Assembly: GCA_043804695.1 (NCBI GenBank)
Contig: JAZDIV010000021.1
Span: 1-16,582 of the forward strand
Source of the DNA: PVC group bacterium
GTDB taxonomy: Bacteria > Auribacterota > Erginobacteria > Erginobacterales > Erginobacteraceae
DNA length: 16,582 nucleotides
Direction of reading: 5' to 3'
The position numbers were made by a program, and so were the translations under genes. Position 1 is the stretch's first letter, and each line of letters starts with the position of its first letter. Under the pieces are notes generated by a model that saw only the letters and a list, made by a program, of their open reading frames with translations, did not search any database and was not told where the DNA came from. Below are positions 8,349 to 16,159 of this stretch, piece by piece.

Positions 8349-8804
8349 TCACCGGAGTTTCCCGCGCAGTATTCGCAGGCAGTCCCGGACGCCCTCCTCG
8401 TAGGTCGGGTGATAAAAAGGCAGCTCGAGCGCCTCTTCGACGGTCATCTCCGCCTGAATCAGGGCCGCGATCAGGTGAGCCAGGTGTTCGCCCGCGGGCG
8501 CGGCCATCTCGGCGCCGAGGATCCGGCCGGTGGCGCCGTCGGCGTAGATGCGCAGGATGCCCCCGGGGACATCGTCAAGGATTGCCCGGCCGCTGCCCTG
8601 AAAGGCAAAACCCGCGGCCGCGTCATTCTCGCCGGAGTGGACAAGCATCTTCGAGGGCATGCAGCCGACCCGGGCGCAGGTCGTCCCCAGCTCCCCTCCT
8701 TCAAAGATGACAACCTCGCCGCCCCCCCGGATCGCCCTGCTCAGGGCGTACATCCCGGCGGTTCCGGCCCCGACAATCGCCACATCGATGGTCCTGGTTT
8801 TCAT
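8349..8804 (-). CDS. Internally deleted dihydrolipoamide dehydrogenase-like protein (N-terminal FAD/redox-Cys segment fused to C-terminal dimerisation domain); may be a pseudogene
   Basis: DVAIVGAGTAG, GTTCARVGCMPSK joined after about 12 aa to FQGSGRA...TGRILGAE...PFYHPTYEEG; NAD-binding domain absent. Confidence 0.8.
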   Translation of the reverse strand: MKTRTIDVAIVGAGTAGMYALSRAIRGGGEVVIFEGGELGTTCARVGCMPSKMLVHSGENDAAAGFAFQGSGRAILDDVPGGILRIYADGATGRILGAEMAAPAGEHLAHLIAALIQAEMTVEEALELPFYHPTYEEGVRDCLRILRGKLR

Positions 8805-8912
8805 GCCGGCCTACTTCTACCGTGGGGTGTCGTTTCTCAAGCCGCGGGTTATAGTACAAGAGGATCAATAAATGATTATACTAATTACGTTCTCTCTGGC
8901 ATTGTGCAAAAA

Positions 8913-8956
8913 TAACCCGATTGATGCCTGCCGACAGGCAGGCATCAATCGGGTTA
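8913..8956. repeat. Perfect 20-bp-arm palindrome just downstream of the clc stop (terminator-like, composite)
   Basis: TAACCCGATTGATGCCTGCC-GACA-GGCAGGCATCAATCGGGTTA. Confidence 0.8.
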
Positions 8957-8958
8957 GA

Positions 8959-10809
8959 TCAGTCGAGGAGCGCCTTCTCGTAGGCTTCGAAGATGTTGCG
9001 GTAGGTGACGATCCCGACCACCTTCCGGACGGTCTCGGACTTGATGACCGGCGCGATCCCGATGAACCCGGCTTTCATCCGCTTGAAGACCCGGTCGACC
9101 GGCTCATCGGGAAAGGCCGTGACCGGGTTCGAGTTCATGAAGTCCCGGGCCGTCAGCAGGTTGTCCGGGGTGGCGGACTCGATACCCAGGTGGAGTTCCC
9201 GGTAGGTGACGATGCCGACCAGATCGCCCTCCGCGTCGACGACCGGAAGGCTGGTATGAAGGGTCGTCCCGACCTGTTCCCTGATGAGCTCCATGGTCAT
9301 CGTCTCCGGGATCGTCTGCACCTCGCGGATCATCACGTCTTTGATCAGCATGGACTGGAGAATATCGGTCTTGTCCTCCCGGGCGATGATGATGCCTTTT
9401 CGCCGGAGCTTCTCGGTGTAGATGCTCTCCGGCCTGATCCAGTGTGAGACCAGCGTGGAGACGACCACCGCGGCCATGATCGGCAGTATTATTTCATAGC
9501 TGTCGCTCATCTCGAAGAGGATGAAGATGGACGTGATCGGCGCGTGCGCCGCCCCGGCAAAGCAGGCCCCCATCCCCACCAGTGCGTAAACGACCGGGGA
9601 GGCGGTATGGCCGGGAAAGATGCTGTGGAGGAGGATGCCGTACATCCCCCCGGCCATGGCCCCGATAAAGAGCGAGGGAGCGAAAATGCCGCCGGAACCC
9701 CCGGAACCGAGCGTGAAGCTGGTGGCCGCGATCTTGAAGACGGCCAGCATGGCGAGGGCCAGGATAAGAGTCCCGATCCCATGGGCCCCGATCCAGAGGG
9801 TGTAGTTATCCGGGTTCAGGACCTGCCGGATGGTGATATACCCGACGCCCATCACGGAGAGGGGGTTGTCCAGTCCCGGCGCCGGCACCCAGCGGGTGGC
9901 GTAGTAGGCCATCAGCCCCACCACCAGGCCGCCGGTGAGCGGCTTCAGGTAATCAGGGAATTTGATCCGGTCGTACGCGTCTTCAAAAAATTCCAGGACC
10001 ACCGCGAACGCTTTCGAGACGAAGGCGACAAAGACGCCCAGGCCGAGAAAGGTGACGATCTCCCAGGGCGAGGCCATGTAAAGGATGGCCTTCATCTGTT
10101 TGATGGCGAAGATCGTGTGGTCGCCGGTGATCGCCCGGGTGAGGAGGGCGGAGACGACCGAGGCGATGGCGACATAGATGAAAGAGAGTCCCCTGAACTC
10201 TCCCAGGATGACTTCCAGGGAGAACATGATCCCCCCGAAGGGGGCGTTAAATATGGCTGAGATCCCGCCCGCCGCCCCGCAGGCGATGAAGGTGTTGAGC
10301 CGCCGGGGGGGCATCCGGAAAAGCTGCCCCAGGGTGGATCCGAAGGCGGCCCCGATCTGGACGATTGGACCTTCACTTCCGGCCGATCCTCCCGTCCCGA
10401 TCGTCAGGGCGGAGGCGATGCTCTTGACGATCGCCACCACCGGGCGGATCCGCCCCCCTTTCTTCAGGACCGCCGCCATCACCTCCGGGACGCCGTGGCC
10501 TTTCGCCTCCCGGGCGAAGAAATAGATCAGCGGCCCGACCAGGAGCGCCCCCGCCGCCGGGAGAACGATCAGCCAGGGACCCAGCGAGCTGCAGTGGGTT
10601 ACGCTGTCCAGGTGGCAGAGCTCTTCCACCAGGAGGATCAGGCGGCTGAAGACATAGGCGCCGAGCCCGGCCACGATACCGATGATGGCGGAGAAGGCAA
10701 AGGTGATCTGAACGGGCGAGATGCGGAACCGGGAGAATAAATCGAGAAAAAAACGGCTGAACTTGTATGATGGTTTTAACTTGAGTGGTGAAGGATTCTG
10801 GTCACTCAT
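8959..10809 (-). CDS. CLC-family chloride channel/transporter with C-terminal tandem CBS domains
   Basis: GHGVPEV, GSAGSEGP (gating Glu), FNAPFGG, GSGGIFAPSL, SIYTEKL, then CBS pair (IKDVM...LPVVDAEGDLVGIVT...ARDFM). Confidence 0.93.
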   Translation of the reverse strand: MSDQNPSPLKLKPSYKFSRFFLDLFSRFRISPVQITFAFSAIIGIVAGLGAYVFSRLILLVEELCHLDSVTHCSSLGPWLIVLPAAGALLVGPLIYFFAREAKGHGVPEVMAAVLKKGGRIRPVVAIVKSIASALTIGTGGSAGSEGPIVQIGAAFGSTLGQLFRMPPRRLNTFIACGAAGGISAIFNAPFGGIMFSLEVILGEFRGLSFIYVAIASVVSALLTRAITGDHTIFAIKQMKAILYMASPWEIVTFLGLGVFVAFVSKAFAVVLEFFEDAYDRIKFPDYLKPLTGGLVVGLMAYYATRWVPAPGLDNPLSVMGVGYITIRQVLNPDNYTLWIGAHGIGTLILALAMLAVFKIAATSFTLGSGGSGGIFAPSLFIGAMAGGMYGILLHSIFPGHTASPVVYALVGMGACFAGAAHAPITSIFILFEMSDSYEIILPIMAAVVVSTLVSHWIRPESIYTEKLRRKGIIIAREDKTDILQSMLIKDVMIREVQTIPETMTMELIREQVGTTLHTSLPVVDAEGDLVGIVTYRELHLGIESATPDNLLTARDFMNSNPVTAFPDEPVDRVFKRMKAGFIGIAPVIKSETVRKVVGIVTYRNIFEAYEKALLD

Positions 10810-10840
10810 GATACAAGTTAGCGCCTCCGGCGCAACTTGT

Positions 10841-10905
10841 AGTGTAAAGTGTAAGGTGTAATGTGTAAGGAAACTTTTTACCTTGCGCCTTACAGTTCAC
10901 GCTAC
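10841..10905. repeat. Inverted NGTGTAA heptamer array
   Basis: AGTGTAA AGTGTAA GGTGTAA TGTGTAA, spacer, then degenerate complementary CCTTGCG CCTTACA GTTCACG. Confidence 0.7.
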
Positions 10906-10909
10906 TATT

Positions 10910-10938
10910 TTGAAATTCCGAAGCAGGAACCCTAAGAT
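10910..10938 (+). promoter_or_regulatory. Putative sigma70 promoter toward yraN
   Basis: TTGAAA (10910-10915), 17 nt, TAAGAT (10933-10938). Confidence 0.35.
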
Positions 10939-10961
10939 AACAAAAAAATAAAATTAATCAA
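10934..10961 (-). promoter_or_regulatory. Putative extended -10 promoter toward clc
   Basis: On minus strand TTGATT, 16 nt ending in TGT, TATCTT. Confidence 0.4.
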
Positions 10962-11159
10962 TATATTAGAAAGCTTCTCTCACTAATGCAGGTAATTGCT
11001 TTGCTTGAAATTAATCATGTTCTAAGATATGAATATTGGCTGGGGTTATTAGGCTTTTTTATTAGGTTGCCTTGGTGAAAATATTTTAATCAACCAACGT
11101 CCCCCCCGATTGAATCAATCGGGGTCCATTATTAAGTAGCGCCGAAGGCGCTAATTAAT

Positions 11160-11528
11160 ATGAGTCAAGAACGGCTTTCTCTGGGAAGATGGGGGGAGGA
11201 TCAGGCCGTCCGGCATCTGCGCGGGAAACGGTTCCAGGTCCTGGAACGGAATTACACCTGCCCGCTGGGCGAGATCGACATTATCGCCCGGCAGGGCGAG
11301 CGGCTGATCTTCATTGAGGTGAAGACGAAGAGACTGGGTGATCCACCCGCCCCCCGCTATTCCGTGAACCGGAGGAAGCAGCGGCAGATTGTCCGGACGG
11401 CCCGCTTTTATCTCAAGCAGATCGGGGACTCGAAAGTCAAATGCCGGTTCGACGTGGTGGAGATCATTGCCGGGGAGGGCCGGCGTCCGGAGAGGATCGT
11501 CCATCTTCCGGGAGCGTTCCGGGTCTGA
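11160..11528 (+). CDS. yraN: YraN family (UPF0102) PD-(D/E)XK-like nuclease
   Basis: LGRWGEDQA, LERNY, GEIDIIA, FIEVKTK, CRFDVVEI. Confidence 0.92.
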   Translation: MSQERLSLGRWGEDQAVRHLRGKRFQVLERNYTCPLGEIDIIARQGERLIFIEVKTKRLGDPPAPRYSVNRRKQRQIVRTARFYLKQIGDSKVKCRFDVVEIIAGEGRRPERIVHLPGAFRV

Positions 11529-11540
11529 CGGGAAGAGTGA

Positions 11541-11618
11541 ACTGATTACCGATTACTGACCCCTGTCTTCCCCGTTCGATGTTGAACGTTGAGCGTTGGA
11601 CGTTGAACGTTCAGTGTT
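11541..11618. repeat. Two adjacent heptamer arrays (ACYGATT and GTTNRRN) at the convergent yraN / peptidase junction
   Basis: ACTGATT ACCGATT ACTGACC; GTTCGAT GTTGAAC GTTGAGC GTTGGAC GTTGAAC GTTCAGT (11574-11615). Confidence 0.85.
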
Positions 11619-11629
11619 TATTCGGCTTC

Positions 11630-13342
11630 CTACTCCACAACCGGCAGATCCCCCTGTCTCCCGTAATAAAACCGGGTCACCCCCCGGAGGGCCCAGAGAC
11701 CGGTCACGCTCCGGAAGATCCCCGGCTGCTGCGAGCCGCCGCCGGTGTAGTCGCCCGGGACCGCCCGGTCCAGCGCTCCTCCGAAATAGGTACGGAATTC
11801 TCCCCGGACCGCCCAGAGCCCGGATGCCCTCTTGAATACGGCCGGCTCCTGCCTGCCGTCGCCGGTGTAATCCCCGGGGACCGGCTGGACGCCCAGTCCG
11901 CCGAAATAGCAGCGGCTGATCCCCCGCACCGCCCAGAGTCCTGACCGGTCACGGAAAAGCGCCCGGTCCGTCGTTCCGTCTCCGTTATAATCGCCGGCCA
12001 CCGGTGTGTCGCCGTCGCCGCCGAAATACACCCTGCCTTTCCCCTCCGTCGCCCAGAGCCCGGTGGACGGGCGGAAGAGGGCGATCTCGTCCGAACCGTC
12101 CCCGTCGTAATCGCCGGGGACCGGAACATCGCCGGAGGATCCGAAGTAGCACCGGCTGATCCCCCGGACGGCCCAGAGACCGGCCCCGGGACGGAACAGG
12201 CCGATATCGGTGGTCCGGTCGCCGTCATAGTCTCCGGGAACGGGCAGATCTCCCGGTCCGCCGAAATAGCAGCGGCTGATCCCCCGCACCGCCCAGATCC
12301 CGGTACCTGGTCTGAAGACGGCGGTATCAGAGGTCCCGTCACCGTTGAAGTCGTTCCGGGCGCCGGGTTTCATCGGCGGTGTCGGCGCCGGGGTCTGCCC
12401 GGGTGTGGGTTCGGGCGTCGGTGACGGGGACGTCCCGGTCCCGGCATAGTAGTAGATGTAGCCGTTGTCCCCGAAGCGCATGTCCTTTCCGACCTGGCTG
12501 TAGCCGATCCGGAAGAAACCGCCTTCTCCCCAGTTCTCACCCCAGCTGTTCTTGCAGATGAAGTACCCGCCGCCGAAGTAGCCGGGGATATCCTGATACC
12601 CGATCAGGATGACCGCGTGTCCGCCCGTGTAGTATCCGCTGGCATATTCATAGACGCCGCTCTGGTAGGTGGAGAAATCGGAGTAGACATCCATCGTGAC
12701 CTGGACCGGACCAAAGAGGTACACCGCCGCCTTTAAGCCGTCCAGGGAAGGGTCGATCGGCTGGTAGTCGTCGATGAGGAACGCGTATCCCCGCCAGTCC
12801 GGGCAGGCCTCGTCGCAGGGCTGATCGCTGGCCGTGTAGGGGAAGCAGGCCTCGTAATAAGCGCCGTCGGTGAAGAGAAAGTCGGCGGCGTATTCCGTGC
12901 TGCCGCTCTGGCAGCCGTCGTTTCGCCAGCAGCAGGAGACCAGGATCTGTTCCGACAGGTCGTAGAAGATGCCGGGGATCCCCCCGGCGATGGCGATGGC
13001 CGACTCCATCGCACCCACCGCCGCGAAGGCCCAGCAGGAAGAGCAGGTTTTCTGGTCTTTCACCGGGGAGACGAAATTGCCTCCGTTTTCTCTCCAGTCA
13101 ATGAACAGGGGGAGAACTATGCCGGAGCGGGCATACGTTCCGGTTCTCGCCGGCGTTTTACCCGGCAGTTCGCCGAGTGAAAATGTCCGCCCGTAGTTGG
13201 TGGCTGTCCAGTAAAGACCCTTTTCGGCGATGGCTTTTTGTATCTGTTCCAGTTCGGATGATTCCACGGGATCCGTAGCGGCATGCGCGGCCAGGAGCAG
13301 CGATGAGACAGTGACAATAAAATGCAGTGTCCGGTTTTTCAT
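11630..13342 (-). CDS. Secreted papain-like cysteine peptidase (C1A) with Pro/Thr linker and six 40-aa FG-GAP-like repeats
   Basis: Signal peptide MKNRTLHF...AHA; PVKDQKTCSSCWAF (Gln, Cys), GGHAVILIGY (His), KNSWG (Asn); linker SPSPTPEPTPGQTPAPTP; repeats GDYxGDGxxxxxxFRxxxGLWAVRGxxRxYFGxxxDxPVP. Confidence 0.92.
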   Translation of the reverse strand: MKNRTLHFIVTVSSLLLAAHAATDPVESSELEQIQKAIAEKGLYWTATNYGRTFSLGELPGKTPARTGTYARSGIVLPLFIDWRENGGNFVSPVKDQKTCSSCWAFAAVGAMESAIAIAGGIPGIFYDLSEQILVSCCWRNDGCQSGSTEYAADFLFTDGAYYEACFPYTASDQPCDEACPDWRGYAFLIDDYQPIDPSLDGLKAAVYLFGPVQVTMDVYSDFSTYQSGVYEYASGYYTGGHAVILIGYQDIPGYFGGGYFICKNSWGENWGEGGFFRIGYSQVGKDMRFGDNGYIYYYAGTGTSPSPTPEPTPGQTPAPTPPMKPGARNDFNGDGTSDTAVFRPGTGIWAVRGISRCYFGGPGDLPVPGDYDGDRTTDIGLFRPGAGLWAVRGISRCYFGSSGDVPVPGDYDGDGSDEIALFRPSTGLWATEGKGRVYFGGDGDTPVAGDYNGDGTTDRALFRDRSGLWAVRGISRCYFGGLGVQPVPGDYTGDGRQEPAVFKRASGLWAVRGEFRTYFGGALDRAVPGDYTGGGSQQPGIFRSVTGLWALRGVTRFYYGRQGDLPVVE

Positions 13343-13421
13343 GATGACCAGAAGAGAACTTAGCGCATTAGGGCAATCTCGTAGCGGCGACCTTCAGGTC
13401 GCCATTTGCTGGCAGCCTGAA

Positions 13422-13588
13422 GAGGCTGTCCGGTAAACCCTGAAATGTCATTGCGAGCCCCGAAGGGGCGAAGCAATCTATTTTTTCATTCATAACCACC
13501 TCTTATCCAAAATGATAAGATTGCTTCGTCGCTTCGCTCCTCGCAATGACCTCTAAAATGCCTAAAATCTGAATTATCGGACAGCCTC
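13422..13588. mobile_element. 167-bp MITE-like element with terminal inverted repeats and TGAA target-site duplication
   Basis: GAGGCTGTCCG (13422-13432) / CGGACAGCCTC (13578-13588); TGAA at 13418-13421 and 13589-13592. Confidence 0.8.
13447..13550. repeat. GTCATTGCGAG palindromic element (second copy)
   Basis: GTCATTGCGAGCCCCGAAGGGGCGAAGCAATCT ... AGATTGCTTCGTCGCTTCGCTCCTCGCAATGAC. Confidence 0.88.
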
Positions 13589-13823
13589 TGAAGGCTGCCG
13601 CTACGACAGTTATTGAAATTCCGAAACAGAAACTTACGGCTTTCCCCCTTTTAGCGCCTCCTCCTGTCAATAATATACCATGGTATCGCTGTTCCCGGTA
13701 GTTGACGTAACTAATATAGCGGAAAATGATAATGACGGATCGGCGTCTTCTCACTGTCTCGTGAATAGTAGACAGATGCTGCCCGGCAACTGTTCAGGCA
13801 GTAAATTAGCTGCGCAACTTATT

Positions 13824-13893
13824 TAACCGCGGATTGTGCGGATTATGCTGATTAAAGAAAAACAATCCGCTTAATCCGTTTAATCCGCGGTTA
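13824..13893. repeat. Inverted nonamer tandem array
   Basis: TAACCGCGGATT GTGCGGATT ATGCTGATT, spacer, AATCCGCTT AATCCGTTT AATCCGCGGTTA; perfect 12-bp terminal IR. Confidence 0.85.
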
Positions 13894-13903
13894 TTCCTTT
13901 GGA

Positions 13904-14689
13904 TCAGGGCAGCCACTGCCGGCGGGCTTGATAGAGAATAATTCCCGCCGCCACCGCCGCGTTCAAACTTTCCACCAGGCCGGACATGGGGATGGTCATC
14001 CGGCACTCGGCCGCCCGCACGATCTCCTCCGGCAGTCCCGCCCCCTCGCCGCCGATGCAGAGCGCCACCGGCGGAGTGAAATCGATGTCGGTGTAAGCGC
14101 GCGCTTCTCCACCGGCAACGGCGGCCAGCAGGCGGACCGGGGTTTCCCGGGCCGCCGCCAGGAAATCGGCGGCGCTGATGGCGGCGCAGGGAAGCCGGAA
14201 GGCACTGCCCATCGCGGCCCGGAGGAAGCGGGGGTGGGTGATGTCCACCCCCTCCAGAAGCAGGAAACCGGACGCTCCGGCTGCCTCGGCCACCCGGGCG
14301 ATCGCCCCGGCGTTGCCGGGGTCCTGCAGCCCGGCGGCGACGACTAGCCGGGGTTCTCCTGCGAGGAGGAATGCGGGGGCAACCGGCTGGATTTCGATCA
14401 CCGCCGCCGCCCCTTCGGGGTGGCGCAGGTCCGACAGTTTCCGGTAGCAGTCATCCGTCACCCGGAGAACCTCGATCTTGCGCTGCCGGGCCAGGTCTTC
14501 GATCTTCTCCCCTTCGGGGGTGGATTGCAGGCACTCCGAGAGGACCAGCGTGCGTACGTTCGCGTGGAGGAGCGCTTCCTTCACCGGCCGCAGTCCTTCC
14601 ACCAGGGAAAGTCCGGTCTCCCGGCGGGTCCGGCTCTGGTGGAGTGCGGCCAGGGCCTTGATCCGGGGGTTCTGTCGACTGGTTATCAT
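13904..14689 (-). CDS. TrmH/SpoU-family RNA 2'-O-methyltransferase
   Basis: ITSRQNPRIK, LVEGLR, LQDPGNAGAIARVAEAAG, RAAMGS, IGGEGAGL, IPMSGLVESLNAAVAAGIILY. Confidence 0.93.
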   Translation of the reverse strand: MITSRQNPRIKALAALHQSRTRRETGLSLVEGLRPVKEALLHANVRTLVLSECLQSTPEGEKIEDLARQRKIEVLRVTDDCYRKLSDLRHPEGAAAVIEIQPVAPAFLLAGEPRLVVAAGLQDPGNAGAIARVAEAAGASGFLLLEGVDITHPRFLRAAMGSAFRLPCAAISAADFLAAARETPVRLLAAVAGGEARAYTDIDFTPPVALCIGGEGAGLPEEIVRAAECRMTIPMSGLVESLNAAVAAGIILYQARRQWLP

Positions 14690-14732
14690 AGCGTATTATT
14701 AAAAATCCTCGCCTCGGCCCCTTTAAAAAGCA

Positions 14733-14957
14733 AATATCGAATATTGAATAACGAATATCGAATCTCGAAGGTTCGCGTTGCTCCGACTCGGATACTTCGA
14801 TATTCGTTATTCGATATTCTGCGGTTCGTTATTCGTTTTTCTCAATCTCGACTTCCTTCGTTTGCGTTCAACGTTCGAAGTTCGATATTCAATTATTTTC
14901 GGTTGCTGATTACCGATTACCGATCACTGATTGATGACTGATCACTGCTCACTGTCT
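14733..14957. repeat. Stack of three heptamer array families
   Basis: AATATCG AATATTG AATAACG AATATCG AATCTCG with inverted partner TATTCGT TATTCGA TATTCTG; then GTTCAAC GTTCGAA GTTCGAT; then GCTGATT ACCGATT ACCGATC ACTGATT ... ATCACTG CTCACTG. Confidence 0.85.
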
Positions 14958-14960
14958 TTG

Positions 14961-16058
14961 TCAGGCCAGATACTCACTGATAATTTCCGCACAGACCCGG
15001 GCCCCGGTGAGATCGATCGGAGGATACTCGTCCGGCGTCTCCAGAAGCCGGTACAGTTCCTCCCGGATCTCTCCCCGCAGCAATTTTTCCGGTGAGACAA
15101 AAGCCGAGGGGAGGTATTTTTTTACCCCTTCGACCAGGATCGGGTATTCCCGGAACTCGCCCCGTGAAGTGTAGAGCATTTTGGTCCGGTTGGCGATGCA
15201 CTCGGAAAGAATGCCGTAGCCGGGCTTGGTGACGACCACGTCGGCGGCGCTCACCAGGTCGGGATAGCCGAGTTTGAGCGCGCCGAGTTCCTCCCGTTTG
15301 ACATTTCGTATCCCCGGCAGCTCGAAACCGATTCGCTCGCTGGCCAGCCAGAGGCAGCCCTTGATCTCGACCAGCTTCCGATAATATTTCTCTCCGAGGC
15401 TGAAACCGCCGAAGGAGAGGATGACGAGCGGCCGCCCGGGAGGGAGGGAGAGGAGTGCCCTGACTTCATCTGCCGGGCGTCTGGCCTGCCGGGCGACCAG
15501 GGGGATGTCCCGGGTTTTCCGGAAGGCGGCCATCTCCCCCGAGAAGGGGAGGCGGAGGAGGACCCCGGCTTTCCGGTAGCTCTCCCGGATGGAGTGAAGA
15601 AGATGGCGGTAGCCGGGATAGCGTTCCGCATAGGGTTCGTAGATCCAGTCCCAGCTGAAATTGGCGATCCCCAGCGACGGGATGCCGGCCTCTCCGGCCG
15701 CGTCAAAGGCCGGCGGCGGGATGTCTCCGATCACCAGGCGGGCCTTTTCCTCTCGCAGGAACCGCGCTTCGGCGGCGACCCACCGGTCCCCTCCGGCCAG
15801 GAAGCCGGCATATCTCTTCAGGCTCCGGAACGGGTCCAGGTTGAGGCTGTCGGACTGGACCACCCCGGTGTCGCATTCGAGGGGGTAAAAGGAGAAATCC
15901 CCCTCGATCTGTTCCCGGTAGAACCACTCGGGGGCGGAGGTCTTCACGATCACCCTGGCCCCGGCCGGCCCCCGGAGGAGTTCATTGATGACGACCGCCA
16001 TCCGGGATGAGTGGCCGAAACCGTGGCCGGAAATGTAAAAAACTATCGTCTGCATCAT
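14961..16058 (-). CDS. GT-B glycosyltransferase-like protein resembling the N-terminal domain of plant L-arabinokinase
   Basis: FYISGHGFGHSSR, IGDIPP, NFSWDWIY, ILSFGG, YPDLVSAADVVVTKPGYGILSEC, RGEFRE. Confidence 0.75.
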   Translation of the reverse strand: MMQTIVFYISGHGFGHSSRMAVVINELLRGPAGARVIVKTSAPEWFYREQIEGDFSFYPLECDTGVVQSDSLNLDPFRSLKRYAGFLAGGDRWVAAEARFLREEKARLVIGDIPPPAFDAAGEAGIPSLGIANFSWDWIYEPYAERYPGYRHLLHSIRESYRKAGVLLRLPFSGEMAAFRKTRDIPLVARQARRPADEVRALLSLPPGRPLVILSFGGFSLGEKYYRKLVEIKGCLWLASERIGFELPGIRNVKREELGALKLGYPDLVSAADVVVTKPGYGILSECIANRTKMLYTSRGEFREYPILVEGVKKYLPSAFVSPEKLLRGEIREELYRLLETPDEYPPIDLTGARVCAEIISEYLA

Positions 16059-16112
16059 CTTTGATTGATTGCAATTAATGATTTGAATTGGAATTGATAT
16101 ATGGAGTCAGAA

Positions 16113-16144
16113 TGGAGTATTGGAGTAGTGGAGTACTGGAGTAG
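16113..16144. repeat. TGGAGTAN octamer tandem array
   Basis: TGGAGTAT TGGAGTAG TGGAGTAC TGGAGTAG, preceded by TGGAGTC. Confidence 0.85.
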
Positions 16145-16159
16145 TGGGGAAGTGTCACA

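Larger units (their letters stand above)
13380..13605. repeat. GTAG-type REP doublet, right copy interrupted by an insertion
   Basis: Left GTAGC-GGCGACC-TTCA-GGTCGCC; right (reconstructed) GGCAGCC-TGAA-GGCTGCC-GCTAC. Confidence 0.8.

Noticed and set aside
8238..8915. 225-aa plus-strand ORF
   Set aside because: Starts in the heptamer array and is antisense to the lpd-like ORF, which has clear family motifs.
11630..12356. Diversity-generating retroelement TR/VR pair
   Set aside because: Repeats are in-frame protein repeats, differences are not adenine-specific by eye, and no reverse transcriptase is present.
13503..13754. 83-aa minus-strand ORF
   Set aside because: Its end (VIARSEATKQS) is just the translation of the GTCATTGCGAG repeat, and it crosses the MITE and REP boundaries.
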